DNA from: a virus
Lineage: Duplodnaviria > Caudoviricetes
Length of the DNA: 64,000 nucleotides
Direction: 5' to 3' (one strand)
Virus record (IMG/VR): IMGVR_UViG_3300032038_000003
Coordinates: 32,001 to 96,000 of that record
The notes under the pieces were generated by a model. It searched no databases and had not been told where the DNA came from. It saw nothing but the letters and a program-made list of their open reading frames with translations. The position numbers were made by a program, and so were the translations under genes. Shown here one piece after another: positions 18,817-29,569 of this stretch. The first letter of the stretch is position 1. Each line of letters begins with the position of its first letter.

Positions 18817-21800
18817 ATGAAGAAACAATTCGCTTATTTACATAATCATACAAAATTCTCTATCCAGGATGCTATGCCAAGTCCAAAGGATTATGTTGAT
18901 AAAGTATACGAAATCAATCAGACCAGTAATGATTATGAATGTATCGCATTAGCGTTAACAGATCATGGCAACATATCTGTATTGCCACAGCAATACAATG
19001 CTTGCTTAAAACCAGATGATCCAAATAGAAAGATTAAACCGTTATTTGGATTTGAAGCATATCATTGCGTCGATGTAAATAATAATCCAAACGGTGATAG
19101 ATTTCATATGGTTCTTTTGGCAAAGAATCAGAAGGGTTTAGAGAATATATATCAGATTGCGTCTCATGGCGGAATGAATATTGTTAAAGGACGTACAAAG
19201 AATTTTCCAGTAACCGATTTGGATTTTATAAAGAACCACGGTGAGGGCGTAATATGTCTTACAGCATGTATTGCTGGTATCATTCCACAAATGATATTGA
19301 ATGGAAAAGAAACGGATGCTATTGATTTAATATCCAAATTAAAGATATATGTAGACGAACTTTATCTTGAGGTACAACCTCTGGATATTCCAGAACAATT
19401 ACTTGTGAATGAAGCAATGGTACGCTTATCTCAAAGTACCAATACAAAGTTGGTAATGACTTGCGATGCTCATTATATCGAGAAGTCTGATAAACAGTAT
19501 CATAATTTATTTAAAGAAATTTCACATCAGAAACCGTTTACTACGGAAAATTATTTGCGTACACCAGAAGAAATGGAACAGTATTGTTTACAGTACAATA
19601 TTCCATTAGAGGCAATCACGAATAGTGCAGAAATTGCGAATATGTGTGACGTGGATCCAAAGCCAAAAGACCATAGAGCGTTACTGCCTATTTATCCATG
19701 CCCTGTAGGATATGATGAATCCAGTTATCTTCGTGAGTTATGTATTCAGTTTTTAAACGATAAGATAATCGAGAAGAAAATTACAGAGCCAGAGAAATAT
19801 ATCAAAGAAATGTTATATGAACTTGATGTTATATGTAACGCTGGTTTTGCTGGTTATTTCTTAATCTTATGGGATTGGTTTAAGTGGTGTAGAGATAATG
19901 ATATCTTGACTGGACCAGGTAGAGGTAGTGCCGCTGGTAGTATTGTCAGTTATGTTCTAAATATTACCAAGGTAGACCCTATTAAGAACGGTTTCTATTT
20001 TGAAAGATTCTTATCTCCAGAAAGACTTGAATTTCCAGATGTTGATACAGATATACCAAGAGATAAAAGAGCAGATGCTATCAATTATCTGTTGGGTAAA
20101 TATGGTAAAGAAAATGTATCACAGATAGTTACTTTCGGAGAATATAAGGTCAAAAACACCATTAAAGCAGTGCTATCTAAATATAATTGTCCAATAGTAG
20201 AGGCAAATAAAATAACCAAATCATTACCAGATATGGTAGACGGTAAAGCTGTTACTTTTGATTTGCTTGAGCATAGGCACAATAATCCAGATGATTATGA
20301 TTCGTGGGAAGAGACAGACCTTAAAACGCTTGATAAAGCATGGGAGACGTTAGAAGAAGTGTTCCAGCAATATCCTCAAGTGTATGATGCATTAAAGCAT
20401 ATCAGTGGTTGTTATAATAACACTGGTATTCATGCTGGTGGTGTTATTATCTGTAACAAACCTATCAATCAAAATGGCCAGGTTATGATGGGTAGTGAAA
20501 CTGCCGTATTACCTATTTTGCAATTTGAAATGGGTGATCTGGATTTCTTTGGTTTCCTTAAGATTGATGTTTTAGGACTCAAGACTCTTGATACTATTAA
20601 GTATGCTATGGATTTGGCTCATTTAAATTATGACTGGTATGATAGTGAAGATTATACCGATCCAGAAGTATATAGAATGTTAAGAGAAGGAGAAACAACA
20701 GACGTATTCCAGATGGCAAAATATTCGCCAACAAAAATGATATCAGACTTTAACGTAACCAATATCGAAGGATTATGTGCTGTTAATGCTGGTAATCGCC
20801 CTGGCCCTCTTGAGAAAGATAAGAATACTGGTAAATCTATGGTTGATTTATATATTGATCATGTTAAGACTAATACACCAGAAGATTGGGGTAATTCAGA
20901 TGTAAATGAAATTCTTAAACAAACCTATGGCTGTATCTGGTATCAAGAGAATTGTATGATGCTTGGAAGAGTAATGGCTGGTTATTCTATGGGAGGAGCT
21001 GACAGTCGCATCCGTAAAGTGCTCGGCAAGAAAAAAGTTAAGATGATACCAGAAATTAAGAATGAATTTATCTATGGTAAAAAATCTATTTTTGATGAAG
21101 ACCACAATGTAATAGGTATGTCTGATGAACCATCAGATTATTGTGAGGGTGCAGTTAATAGAGGATATGATTTACAGTTATGTGAGAAGATATTTGATAA
21201 CATGGCAGCTTTTGCTAAGTATAGTTTCAATAAATCTCATTCATTCTGTTATGGTGTTCTTGCGTATAAGACCGCTTGGCTGTCATATCATTATCCGATT
21301 GAATTTGCTATTGCAAACTGTACTATCAATGAGAAAGAGGAAGATATTATATCTACTCTTGCAAGTGCAAGAAAGAGAAAAATCAGAGTTCTTCCACCAG
21401 ATATTAATAAGTCTCAAGTAGACTTTTCAAATGATAACGGAGCAATTCGTTATGGTATTAAGGCTATTAAAGGCGTTGGCTCAAGAGTAATTGATTTCTT
21501 ACGAGATTATAAGTTAATGGACAATGTACCGTTCCAGAATCTTGATGATTTTTATAGCAGAATTCATAATACGAGTAATCCAATTGTATCGTCTTTGATA
21601 AATAGCATTCAGCAACAGACTGGAAAGGCAAGTCCTAATCCGTTAAAGAAAGATGTTGAGATAGCATTGATACTGTCTGGTTGTTTTGATTTTCAAGAGA
21701 AGAACAGATTTACTCTTGTTAATTATTATATTTCTAACATCAGAAAAGAAAATCCTTCGACAATTAAGATTATGGGAGAAGATAAAAAGTTTCCGTTAGA

Positions 21801-22284
21801 TGATAAGAAGTATGATAGTAAACAGAAATTGGCACTTGAAATGTTCTATATGGGTGCATATATATCAGAGCATCCACTTGATAAGTTCCCTTATATCGAC
21901 CTTGATGCTGCACAAGAAGGCGAAAAGGTTCGTATAGGTGGAATAGTTACAGGAGTAACCAAGAAACAAACAAGAACTGGTAAAGATTATCTTGTAATTA
22001 AGTTTAAGGGAAAAGATGATATCGAAAGAAATACAAATATGTTTTTCGAAGATAGAGTTAAATCGCTTGAGCAAGACCTTAAGAAGAATCAGATTATTGT
22101 AGTAACTGGTACATATAGTCAGAGGTATCACAATATTAATGCTTCTAATATTAAAATCCAGATAGACAAGAAACAAATGCTTCAGCAAGAAAATTTACAG
22201 ATCAATACAGTACAGAATCAACAGGTTCCAGTAGGTATGCCAGTCGTCCAAGCACCAGACATGTTCAAGGGATTATTTGATTAA
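18817..22284 (+). CDS. dnaE: DNA polymerase III alpha subunit (DnaE)
   Basis: PHP HNHT/TDHG/CDAH, GPGRGSAAGS, FERFL.PER, PDVDTD, HAGG, KIDVLGL, FNKSHS, OB fold; C-terminal QAPDMF clamp-binding-like motif. Confidence 0.97.
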   Translation: MKKQFAYLHNHTKFSIQDAMPSPKDYVDKVYEINQTSNDYECIALALTDHGNISVLPQQYNACLKPDDPNRKIKPLFGFEAYHCVDVNNNPNGDRFHMVLLAKNQKGLENIYQIASHGGMNIVKGRTKNFPVTDLDFIKNHGEGVICLTACIAGIIPQMILNGKETDAIDLISKLKIYVDELYLEVQPLDIPEQLLVNEAMVRLSQSTNTKLVMTCDAHYIEKSDKQYHNLFKEISHQKPFTTENYLRTPEEMEQYCLQYNIPLEAITNSAEIANMCDVDPKPKDHRALLPIYPCPVGYDESSYLRELCIQFLNDKIIEKKITEPEKYIKEMLYELDVICNAGFAGYFLILWDWFKWCRDNDILTGPGRGSAAGSIVSYVLNITKVDPIKNGFYFERFLSPERLEFPDVDTDIPRDKRADAINYLLGKYGKENVSQIVTFGEYKVKNTIKAVLSKYNCPIVEANKITKSLPDMVDGKAVTFDLLEHRHNNPDDYDSWEETDLKTLDKAWETLEEVFQQYPQVYDALKHISGCYNNTGIHAGGVIICNKPINQNGQVMMGSETAVLPILQFEMGDLDFFGFLKIDVLGLKTLDTIKYAMDLAHLNYDWYDSEDYTDPEVYRMLREGETTDVFQMAKYSPTKMISDFNVTNIEGLCAVNAGNRPGPLEKDKNTGKSMVDLYIDHVKTNTPEDWGNSDVNEILKQTYGCIWYQENCMMLGRVMAGYSMGGADSRIRKVLGKKKVKMIPEIKNEFIYGKKSIFDEDHNVIGMSDEPSDYCEGAVNRGYDLQLCEKIFDNMAAFAKYSFNKSHSFCYGVLAYKTAWLSYHYPIEFAIANCTINEKEEDIISTLASARKRKIRVLPPDINKSQVDFSNDNGAIRYGIKAIKGVGSRVIDFLRDYKLMDNVPFQNLDDFYSRIHNTSNPIVSSLINSIQQQTGKASPNPLKKDVEIALILSGCFDFQEKNRFTLVNYYISNIRKENPSTIKIMGEDKKFPLDDKKYDSKQKLALEMFYMGAYISEHPLDKFPYIDLDAAQEGEKVRIGGIVTGVTKKQTRTGKDYLVIKFKGKDDIERNTNMFFEDRVKSLEQDLKKNQIIVVTGTYSQRYHNINASNIKIQIDKKQMLQQENLQINTVQNQQVPVGMPVVQAPDMFKGLFD

Positions 22285-22286
22285 GG

Positions 22287-22335
22287 TTGATTATTGCCCG
22301 ATAATGTAATATAATGTTACATATCGGGCAATAAT
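22287..22335 (+). promoter_or_regulatory. SigmaA-type promoter inside a long inverted repeat
   Basis: TTGATT-17bp-TATAAT (22287-22315); arms ATTATTGCCCGATA / TATCGGGCAATAAT. Confidence 0.75.
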
Positions 22336-22350
22336 TGTAAGGAGAATCCT

Positions 22351-22590
22351 ATGAAAGCAGAAGATATTGAGTTTATTGTAAACAACTACAAAAACGAAAA
22401 GCCTAGAATACAGGAAGAGATTAAGGATGAATTATCAGAACAAGAAACCATTCAGATATATAATGAGTTGATTCAAGTTTTGAGTAAGCACAATGTATCG
22501 TATAAGTGTGCTTTGAACATATCTATATCTTTAATGTATGCTTTTATGACTGGTGCAGCAGAATTGTACGATAATGAAATGAATCCCTAA
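22351..22590 (+). CDS. Small hypothetical protein
   Basis: AAGGAG RBS, downstream of promoter. Confidence 0.6.
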   Translation: MKAEDIEFIVNNYKNEKPRIQEEIKDELSEQETIQIYNELIQVLSKHNVSYKCALNISISLMYAFMTGAAELYDNEMNP

Positions 22591-22647
22591 CGGGATAACA
22601 AAGGTATTTTAACCATTCCAAATCAAAATTGAAAGGAGAATAGTAAA

Positions 22648-23244
22648 ATGGTTAACACAAATAATTTATGCGTTTTTGAAGGTAGAGTTGCAAAAGATCC
22701 TAAGTTTAGTCAGATTAATGGACAGAATGGTACAATTGATAAAGTTGTATTTGATTTGGTAGTAGACAGAGGGATGAATGCACAGCAGAGACAGAACGCA
22801 CAGACTAATCAGCAGCAGACAGCTGATTTTATCCATTGTTCTATGATCGGTAACCAGGTTAATGCCTTTAGACAGTGGTGTCCAAAGGGAAAGGCTGTCA
22901 AGGTATTATGCCATTATACACAGTATACTTATACAGATAAGCAGACTGGTCAGACACAGTATGGACATCAGTTTGATGTCGACAATTTTGGCTTTACAAC
23001 AGCAGATGCAAAAGCATTAGGCGACGGCAGCAATGCTGGTGGCGGTAACTATGGACAGAACAATGGTGGCGGATACGCTCAGAACAACAATGGTAACTAT
23101 GGGCAGAATAACGGTGGAAATTATGGTGGTCAGCAGAATAATAACTATGGCAATAACCAGCAGAATAATGGAAACTTTATGAATGCTCCACAGCCACAGA
23201 GCAACTTTGATATGTTCAGCGATAATCCAGCATCACCGTTTTAA
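22648..23244 (+). CDS. ssb: Single-stranded DNA-binding protein
   Basis: N...GRVAKDP, ADFIHC, KGKAV OB fold; G/N/Q-rich linker; C-terminal SPF. Confidence 0.9.
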   Translation: MVNTNNLCVFEGRVAKDPKFSQINGQNGTIDKVVFDLVVDRGMNAQQRQNAQTNQQQTADFIHCSMIGNQVNAFRQWCPKGKAVKVLCHYTQYTYTDKQTGQTQYGHQFDVDNFGFTTADAKALGDGSNAGGGNYGQNNGGGYAQNNNGNYGQNNGGNYGGQQNNNYGNNQQNNGNFMNAPQPQSNFDMFSDNPASPF

Positions 23245-23270
23245 GTATAAGTAAGTAGGAGGGTTCTTTT

Positions 23271-23624
23271 ATGAATCAAGAAGAGTATCAAAATGCTATT
23301 AATGAAGAAGTAAAAGGATCTGAATCTGCTGTAAGAAAGATGCTTCTATATTACGTATCAGCTTTACAATCAGTTGGTGTTGAAGATGTGAAACAATATA
23401 TTGCAACTCGGATAGGCGAAATGATTAGTCTATCCGAGGAGCAAGTTCAGTTTATTCTTGCGAATTTCAACAAAGAAAATAAACTTATAGAGAATCTTGA
23501 TAACAGCATTCAGCTTCTTGAGAAAATGAGAAAAGAGGAAAAGTTGGATTTAGAGTCTCTTGATATTGTTATTCAAGTGTTAAATCTAATTATGAAAGAT
23601 TATGATAACTTCAAATTACAATAA
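23271..23624 (+). CDS. Hypothetical protein
   Basis: AGGAGG RBS. Confidence 0.6.
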   Translation: MNQEEYQNAINEEVKGSESAVRKMLLYYVSALQSVGVEDVKQYIATRIGEMISLSEEQVQFILANFNKENKLIENLDNSIQLLEKMRKEEKLDLESLDIVIQVLNLIMKDYDNFKLQ

Positions 23625-24072
23625 TAATTATGATGATTCAACAGCTGTTGGGTTGCATAATCTAAATCAGTTAAATCAGTTATATAATACAACCAATAGT
23701 ACAAATAGCACTGTATGGGAAACGGTATATACAAATTATGTTCCGTTTCAGAATCAGTATGTCTATGATACAGGCATTCAATGGAAGTATACTGCTGATA
23801 TTAGAGGATTAAGAGAGTATATGTTCGCTAATAATCTGTATAAAGAATTAAGCGATATTTTGTATGATCTATATCTGATTACTACTGATGAACAAGATTT
23901 TGAAGATAGTTTGTATCGTAATACTTTAGATTTAATATACGAATTTACACGTCCAGAACAAGCATTTGATGATTTATTAAACGAAGAGATATTTGATTAT
24001 AGGTCATTAAATAAAGTTATAAGCGAAGTAATAGAAGCATACCGAAACAATTTTGAAACGGAGGAGTTTTAA
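23602..24072 (+). CDS. Hypothetical protein
   Basis: Overlaps neighbours in operon-like fashion. Confidence 0.55.
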   Translation: MITSNYNNNYDDSTAVGLHNLNQLNQLYNTTNSTNSTVWETVYTNYVPFQNQYVYDTGIQWKYTADIRGLREYMFANNLYKELSDILYDLYLITTDEQDFEDSLYRNTLDLIYEFTRPEQAFDDLLNEEIFDYRSLNKVISEVIEAYRNNFETEEF

Positions 24073-25241
24073 TGGCTGAACAGAAAACACTAAATGAAAA
24101 AATGAAATTATTAAACGGTCTCCAGAAACAAGTAAACAAAAAGTATGGAGAACGTGCTTTAATGACTGGTAAAGAGGCTATTGAGAGTGGTGCGTTAGAT
24201 AATGTTATTACCGCAACACCATCTTTAGAGTTGAACCAGGCACTATATTGTGGTGGTTTAAGTGGAATCGTAGAATTATTTGGACCACCAGCATCTGGTA
24301 AGACAAGTCTTGCTATTGAAACTCTTGCACAGGCACAGAAGAACGACCCTAACTTTATTGCGTTATGGGTTGAAACAGAGCATTCAATTACTCAAGACAT
24401 TCTTGAACAGCATGGAGTAGATATCTCCAGAATCGCATTTGCAGACCAGGCACAAGTAGATAGTGCTGAAAGTGTATTGGATATTGCATATGCTGCTATG
24501 GTTCAGAATGCAGTCAATATGGTTATTGTTAACTCTGTTGCTGGCTTCTTGCCAAAGCAAGAATTTGAAAGCGATTTAGATAAGCAGAACGTAGGACGTA
24601 CTGCTCAGTTAATGTCTAAATTGTTCAGAAAGATTACTGGTCCAGCTGGTAAGAATAAAATCAATGTAATCTTCATCAATCAGTTAAGAGATAAGATTGG
24701 TGTTATGTTTGGTGACCCTTCTACTACTACTGGTGGTAGAGCGTTGGCATTCTATGCTGATCAGAGAATCAGAATGAGTGCTTTAAAGATACAGGCAGCA
24801 GACCCAATCACAGCCAATGAAGGTGTAAAGATTCATTGTATTGTTCAGAAGAACAGAAGGGCTGGTAAGCATAATCCAAATACTGAATGTACTTATTATG
24901 CTTTATTTGACCAGGGTATAGACTCTACTGTAAGTATCCCTCAGTTACTTGCAGATAAGGGTATTTTTGAAGTGTCTGGTCGTTGGTGGTATTATCCATC
25001 AAAAGATAATGTACAGTCACTTGCTGGTGTTGAATGTAAATTCGGTTCTAAGAGCGATTTACAGAATCTTTTACGCACAAATGAAGCTTTCAAGAATGAA
25101 GTAAAGAATTTATTAAGCGTAAGCGAAGTTTCCGTTGAAGAGAAAGAAAGAATTGATGCAGAAGAAGAGGCTAATAATGCCTTTATGATGGATGCTGAAG
25201 CGTCGTTACAGAACGAAGTAGGAGACGAGAGTGACGCTTAA
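24072..25241 (+). CDS. recA: RecA/UvsX recombinase
   Basis: VELFGPPASGKT, IFINQLRDKIGVMFGDPSTTTGGRALAFYA. Confidence 0.95.
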   Translation: MAEQKTLNEKMKLLNGLQKQVNKKYGERALMTGKEAIESGALDNVITATPSLELNQALYCGGLSGIVELFGPPASGKTSLAIETLAQAQKNDPNFIALWVETEHSITQDILEQHGVDISRIAFADQAQVDSAESVLDIAYAAMVQNAVNMVIVNSVAGFLPKQEFESDLDKQNVGRTAQLMSKLFRKITGPAGKNKINVIFINQLRDKIGVMFGDPSTTTGGRALAFYADQRIRMSALKIQAADPITANEGVKIHCIVQKNRRAGKHNPNTECTYYALFDQGIDSTVSIPQLLADKGIFEVSGRWWYYPSKDNVQSLAGVECKFGSKSDLQNLLRTNEAFKNEVKNLLSVSEVSVEEKERIDAEEEANNAFMMDAEASLQNEVGDESDA

Positions 25242-25271
25242 TTTGCGTCACAATCGTCTTTTATTTATAAT
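25223..25271 (+). promoter_or_regulatory. Hairpin at recA 3' end overlapping a sigmaA-type promoter
   Basis: GTGACGC / GCGTCAC stem; TTGCGT-17bp-TATAAT (25243-25271). Confidence 0.6.
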
Positions 25272-25292
25272 ATCAAGTAAAGGAGAAAGAAA

Positions 25293-25970
25293 ATGGCTGG
25301 AGAAAAAGAAACAAAAGAAGTCATTGAGGAGGAATCTAAAGGCTTTGATTACAGACATGCAGCGTCTTTCAAGGTGTCTGATAAGTTTAAAGATAGATTC
25401 ATGACACGTTCTGCTGGCGGTCCTACAATGAGCGTAGATGGTCTGGTAGCATTAGGCCATGTAAAAGGATTATGGAAAATCGATGTAGAGATTTTACAGT
25501 ATCCAAATACAGATAATGGCAGAGAATGTGTATGTAAGGCTATCGTAGGCGGATACGGATGGGATCCGATTGAAGAGAAAGTAATCAGAGTAGAATTTAC
25601 AGATATTGGTGATGCAAGTCCAGCGAATACAAATGGACAGGTTGCAAAGGCTCTTATCCGTATGGCTTCTACAAGAGCAATCGGTAGAGCATTAAGAAAA
25701 TATACCAATATCGATATGGTATGTACCGAAGAACTTGGTGAAGATGATATCTCTACTGAATCAATGGAAGAAATTGCTTCTGTACAGATGGTTGATCAGC
25801 AGCAATTAATCACCATGAAAGGTTTGATTCAGCAAAAGGGTATCGACAAGGCTACTTTTGAAGCAATGCTTACCAAGACTTTTAATACAAGCGATTTCCA
25901 AAGATTGACTTTTGAACAGGCTAATACAATGATTCAAATTCTGAACAATTATGTTGCACCTTCGAAGTAA
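25293..25970 (+). CDS. Putative Rad52/Sak-like single-strand annealing protein
   Basis: IGDASP.N...RMASTRAIGRALR motif; next to recA. Confidence 0.55.
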   Translation: MAGEKETKEVIEEESKGFDYRHAASFKVSDKFKDRFMTRSAGGPTMSVDGLVALGHVKGLWKIDVEILQYPNTDNGRECVCKAIVGGYGWDPIEEKVIRVEFTDIGDASPANTNGQVAKALIRMASTRAIGRALRKYTNIDMVCTEELGEDDISTESMEEIASVQMVDQQQLITMKGLIQQKGIDKATFEAMLTKTFNTSDFQRLTFEQANTMIQILNNYVAPSK

Positions 25971-25995
25971 TTAGGTATCAAACAACGAAAGGAGT

Positions 25996-26805
25996 TTGTG
26001 TATGAGGAACTTTACAAAACGCCTTTCTGAGTTTATAAACCACATTCGAACCGACAAAATACGACAGCGACAGCTTTGTGCTGTCGCATGTATTTTCGGA
26101 ATGTTTATCGTATTACACGTTTATAGCTCAGAGGCACATTCTCTTGATAACGCTGATAGCGTTGAAGAAGAGAACATTACAGTTGTATCGAAAACTGCTG
26201 ATACAGCTTATACTCCTACTGCTGGCATTAATGCCGAATTAGGCAGAATTATGCGAGAAGTAAAAGCAGAAGAATTAAATGGTGATATCGAACCAAATGA
26301 AATCGTCCTAGTAATGGAAGAAGAAGTAAAAGAACCAGAAGAAACAAAGCCTGTCAGAGAGAATATCTTATATTACGTCGTAGATGACGATTATACTTTT
26401 TATCTTGATAATGAATATCAAGACTATCTTTGGAACAAACTTAAAGAATACAACAATACGGAGTTGTATGAAGTCTGTCTCGCCCAAATGTATCATGAAT
26501 CACAATTTGAAAAAGATGTAGTAAGTGCTACTAATGATCATGGCTTATGCCAAATAAATGCTGGTAATTATTCATGGTTACACGAAACATTAGGGATAGG
26601 CTCACTTGACGATCCATATGATAACATAGATAGTGGTGTATATATCCTTGTGACTAATGTGGAAAAGTATGGTAGTATAGAAGAGGCATTAGTTGCATAC
26701 AATCAAGGATATTGTGGAGAAGTAAAATCAACTAAGTATAGTAGATGCATCTTAAACCATGATATGGACTGTCTGCACATACTGGAAATCGAAGAAACAA
26801 ATTAG
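25996..26805 (+). CDS. Membrane-anchored SLT-family lytic transglycosylase
   Basis: HESQF catalytic Glu, GLCQIN, DPYDNI, ALVAYNQG; N-terminal TM. Confidence 0.85.
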   Translation: MCMRNFTKRLSEFINHIRTDKIRQRQLCAVACIFGMFIVLHVYSSEAHSLDNADSVEEENITVVSKTADTAYTPTAGINAELGRIMREVKAEELNGDIEPNEIVLVMEEEVKEPEETKPVRENILYYVVDDDYTFYLDNEYQDYLWNKLKEYNNTELYEVCLAQMYHESQFEKDVVSATNDHGLCQINAGNYSWLHETLGIGSLDDPYDNIDSGVYILVTNVEKYGSIEEALVAYNQGYCGEVKSTKYSRCILNHDMDCLHILEIEETN

Positions 26806-26825
26806 GTAGTTAGGAGGAAAGCAAT

Positions 26826-27317
26826 ATGATTGTTCAGTGTTCTGTTGAAGAAGTAACAAAAGTAATTGATTATGCAAGAAGTGGTAAGTTAGTTTACCTT
26901 AAGGTAGAAAAGAAAGATGATTTCTTAATCATGAATTATTCATTGATTGATGAAGTTCATAATGAATCCGATATTGAACGGATCAAGAACGTCCAGAAAA
27001 CATCTATCAAGACCACTTTCGACTTAATCAACAAGCTTACTCAGCTTAACGATATAATCGTTAAAGACATTAAGCCGCAAAGTTATACTCTTACATATGA
27101 ATGTAAAGCTAATGCAAATGCTCCAATATACTCTCACTCAAGTATATTACCGAATGGAGTATTCGACGTACAGACAAGACAGGCAATTAACGTCGATTGG
27201 GATAATGTCTTTACTGATAAGCTTGAGGAAATCGTGCCTGGATTATACAGTAAGAAATCTTCTAAGAAGTATGTTCCAGTGACGTACAAAGAACTTATTG
27301 AGATTTTACGTAACTAA
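26826..27317 (+). CDS. Hypothetical protein
   Basis: AGGAGG RBS. Confidence 0.6.
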   Translation: MIVQCSVEEVTKVIDYARSGKLVYLKVEKKDDFLIMNYSLIDEVHNESDIERIKNVQKTSIKTTFDLINKLTQLNDIIVKDIKPQSYTLTYECKANANAPIYSHSSILPNGVFDVQTRQAINVDWDNVFTDKLEEIVPGLYSKKSSKKYVPVTYKELIEILRN

Positions 27318-27325
27318 CACCAAAA

Positions 27326-27574
27326 GTGGTAAAGATTATGAAACATGAATTGTTCACTGATGACAACGGTGAGAACATAGTTGTCATAACTGAGTGGGGA
27401 ACGAAGCAGAAGACAGAAAAAGAGGCTATTCGTTATGCTGCAAACTATTATTTCAAGGTTAAGAAAGATAAGTTGCAGTGTATTCCAGTCTATATGACGG
27501 ATAAGAATGCAGACGAGATCCACTTCTCCAACAAGAAAGGTACTAAAAAGTACTTGGGCGTGTGCTATAAATAA
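27326..27574 (+). CDS. Small hypothetical protein
   Basis: Co-directional ORF. Confidence 0.5.
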   Translation: MVKIMKHELFTDDNGENIVVITEWGTKQKTEKEAIRYAANYYFKVKKDKLQCIPVYMTDKNADEIHFSNKKGTKKYLGVCYK

Positions 27575-27628
27575 TTATTATAGAACAGTCTAAGGTATAC
27601 CACCTATCGGTGGCATTGGGAAACATTA

Positions 27629-27672
27629 GGGGATATCTATTAACAATGGATATCCCCATTTTCTTTATTTTT
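27629..27672 (+). terminator. Intrinsic terminator
   Basis: GGGGATATC / GATATCCCC stem followed by long T-rich tract. Confidence 0.7.
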
Positions 27673-27695
27673 ATTTATAGAAAGGAAAAAGTCAT

Positions 27696-28616
27696 ATGAA
27701 GAAAATAAAATCATTATTAGGATTATGCCTAATCCTATCTCTTGTAATGATAGGATTCCCTGTAAGTACAACGGCACATGCACAGGAAAACAGTGTTGTA
27801 GTAACACATGAAATGCTTGGAGATAACAATACAACAGAAGTTGTTCGTCTTACAAGTAGAGTAGTAGAGGTTAAAGACGGAGCGTTCTCTGGTTTAACCG
27901 CATTGAAAGAAATTCGTGTTGATAGCGATAATCAATATTATGCTTCGTGTAACGGATGCTTGTATAACAAAGATTATACTGTCTTGATATGTATTCCACA
28001 GAATACAACCAGTATTCAAGTAAAAACCAGCATTACAAGTTATACACCACATGCATTAGATGGATTGGCACAATCACGTAAAGATGCGTTAAATCAGTTT
28101 TTAGGCATAAGTGGACCAACTGAATATTCTGGAGGTAGCAATACTACAACAGCTACACCTACAGATAATCAGCCACAGAATAATCCAGTTGTAACACAAC
28201 CTACAAATAACAATACAGATTTCTCACAGTACGTATATACAAATAGTAACGGACAGAAAGTATTTAAGTATACTGGTAGTGGTAATTCAAGCATCATTGT
28301 ACCAGAAGGAGTAGAAATTATCGAAGGCTTTGCTCCTGGATATGGTGATTTTAATGATGAAATTACTTATGTATATTTACCAAGTACATTAAAAAGAATG
28401 TACACTACTGGTATGTATTGCAAAGAAAAATATAACTGGGATACTAATTGTTATAACGTATTATACCAGTGTAGAAATTTACAAAAGGTTAAGGGTGGTA
28501 ACCATGCATACCAGTGCAATGGAAATACTGTTACAAGACCTGGAAATATTACGGTATGGTCAACAAGCGGATTAATACCATACGATTCGCAGCAATATTA
28601 CAATTATAACAGATAA
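27696..28616 (+). CDS. Secreted BspA-type (LRR_5) leucine-rich repeat protein
   Basis: Signal peptide ending AHA; V..GAF.G..L.EI.V...N..Y...NG.LYNKD.T.LI..P; IIVPEGV..I; VYLPSTLK. Confidence 0.75.
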   Translation: MKKIKSLLGLCLILSLVMIGFPVSTTAHAQENSVVVTHEMLGDNNTTEVVRLTSRVVEVKDGAFSGLTALKEIRVDSDNQYYASCNGCLYNKDYTVLICIPQNTTSIQVKTSITSYTPHALDGLAQSRKDALNQFLGISGPTEYSGGSNTTTATPTDNQPQNNPVVTQPTNNNTDFSQYVYTNSNGQKVFKYTGSGNSSIIVPEGVEIIEGFAPGYGDFNDEITYVYLPSTLKRMYTTGMYCKEKYNWDTNCYNVLYQCRNLQKVKGGNHAYQCNGNTVTRPGNITVWSTSGLIPYDSQQYYNYNR

Positions 28617-28633
28617 TAAGGAGATAAAACGGA

Positions 28634-29569
28634 ATGGATATCAATTCATACACAGAAGAGATTGCGAAAGCAATTAGTGAACAGAACGAAAACTTAATAG
28701 TTGAAGTGTCGGACGTACAGAAGAACAATGGTCTGATGCTTAAGGGTATTACAATGCGTACCAAAGATTGTAATATCTCACCAGTGATTTATACGGATGC
28801 ATTTTATGAGCATGAGCTTAGCACAGATGAAGCTGTTTCAAAGATTATGGAAATCTACAATGCTCATAAAGATGGCATGAGTAATTTTGATGCAAATATC
28901 GTGCAGAACTTTGACGCTATCAAAGATAAGATCGTCGCACGAGTAGTTAATAAGAGCCGTAATGAACTTATTACTAACTCATGTCCTTATGCACAGTTCG
29001 GTGATCTTATAGTGATGTTCGTTATTTTCGTTGAACAGGGAGAGCCACTTGGCGGTACAGCGTCCATTAAGATTACCAATGAGATGATGAATTCGTGGAA
29101 GGTTAATCTTGGACAGCTTATTGCGGCGGCATATGAGAACACCAAGAAGTTATTACCGCTTGAAGTGATTACCATGTCAGAAATCCTTAAGCAGATGATG
29201 GAACGTGCTGGTGGTTCATCTCTAGAAATGGAGACAGAACTTGCAGCTCCAGACCATCTTATGTATGTGGTTAGCAATACATCAAGACAGTTCGGTGCGT
29301 ATTTCCTTACCGACAGAGAGGCTTTGATTAAGGTTGCTTCAGAGATTAAGGAAGATCGGTTCTTCATTCTTCCATCTTCAATACATGAGATGATTGTGAT
29401 TCCAGAATCACAAGTAGAGGACACAGACGGCTTAATGGCAATGGTTAAAGAGGTAAACGCTACACATATCGCTCCAGATGAAGTGTTGGCAGACAATGTA
29501 TACTCTTTTGACGCAAAGACAGAAGAGTTACGTACTATCGATGGTACAATTATTCCATTTATCGCTTGA
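28634..29569 (+). CDS. DUF5688 family protein
   Basis: KNNG...GI, ISPVIY, FILPSSIHE, MVKEVN...DEVLADNVY. Confidence 0.75.
   Translation: MDINSYTEEIAKAISEQNENLIVEVSDVQKNNGLMLKGITMRTKDCNISPVIYTDAFYEHELSTDEAVSKIMEIYNAHKDGMSNFDANIVQNFDAIKDKIVARVVNKSRNELITNSCPYAQFGDLIVMFVIFVEQGEPLGGTASIKITNEMMNSWKVNLGQLIAAAYENTKKLLPLEVITMSEILKQMMERAGGSSLEMETELAAPDHLMYVVSNTSRQFGAYFLTDREALIKVASEIKEDRFFILPSSIHEMIVIPESQVEDTDGLMAMVKEVNATHIAPDEVLADNVYSFDAKTEELRTIDGTIIPFIA

Noticed and set aside
18817-22284. Inteins or introns in dnaE (also checked recA, nrdD and the helicase)
   Set aside because: Lengths are ordinary and no intein terminal motifs or interrupted frames were seen.
23030-23180. GGN/AAC/CAG-rich tandem repeats in ssb
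   Set aside because: They encode the ordinary G/N/Q-rich disordered SSB linker.
27575-27672. Possible riboswitch (c-di-GMP-like) before the LRR gene
   Set aside because: Only a small CCACC-tatc-GGTGG hairpin and a terminator are visible; conserved aptamer elements were not found.
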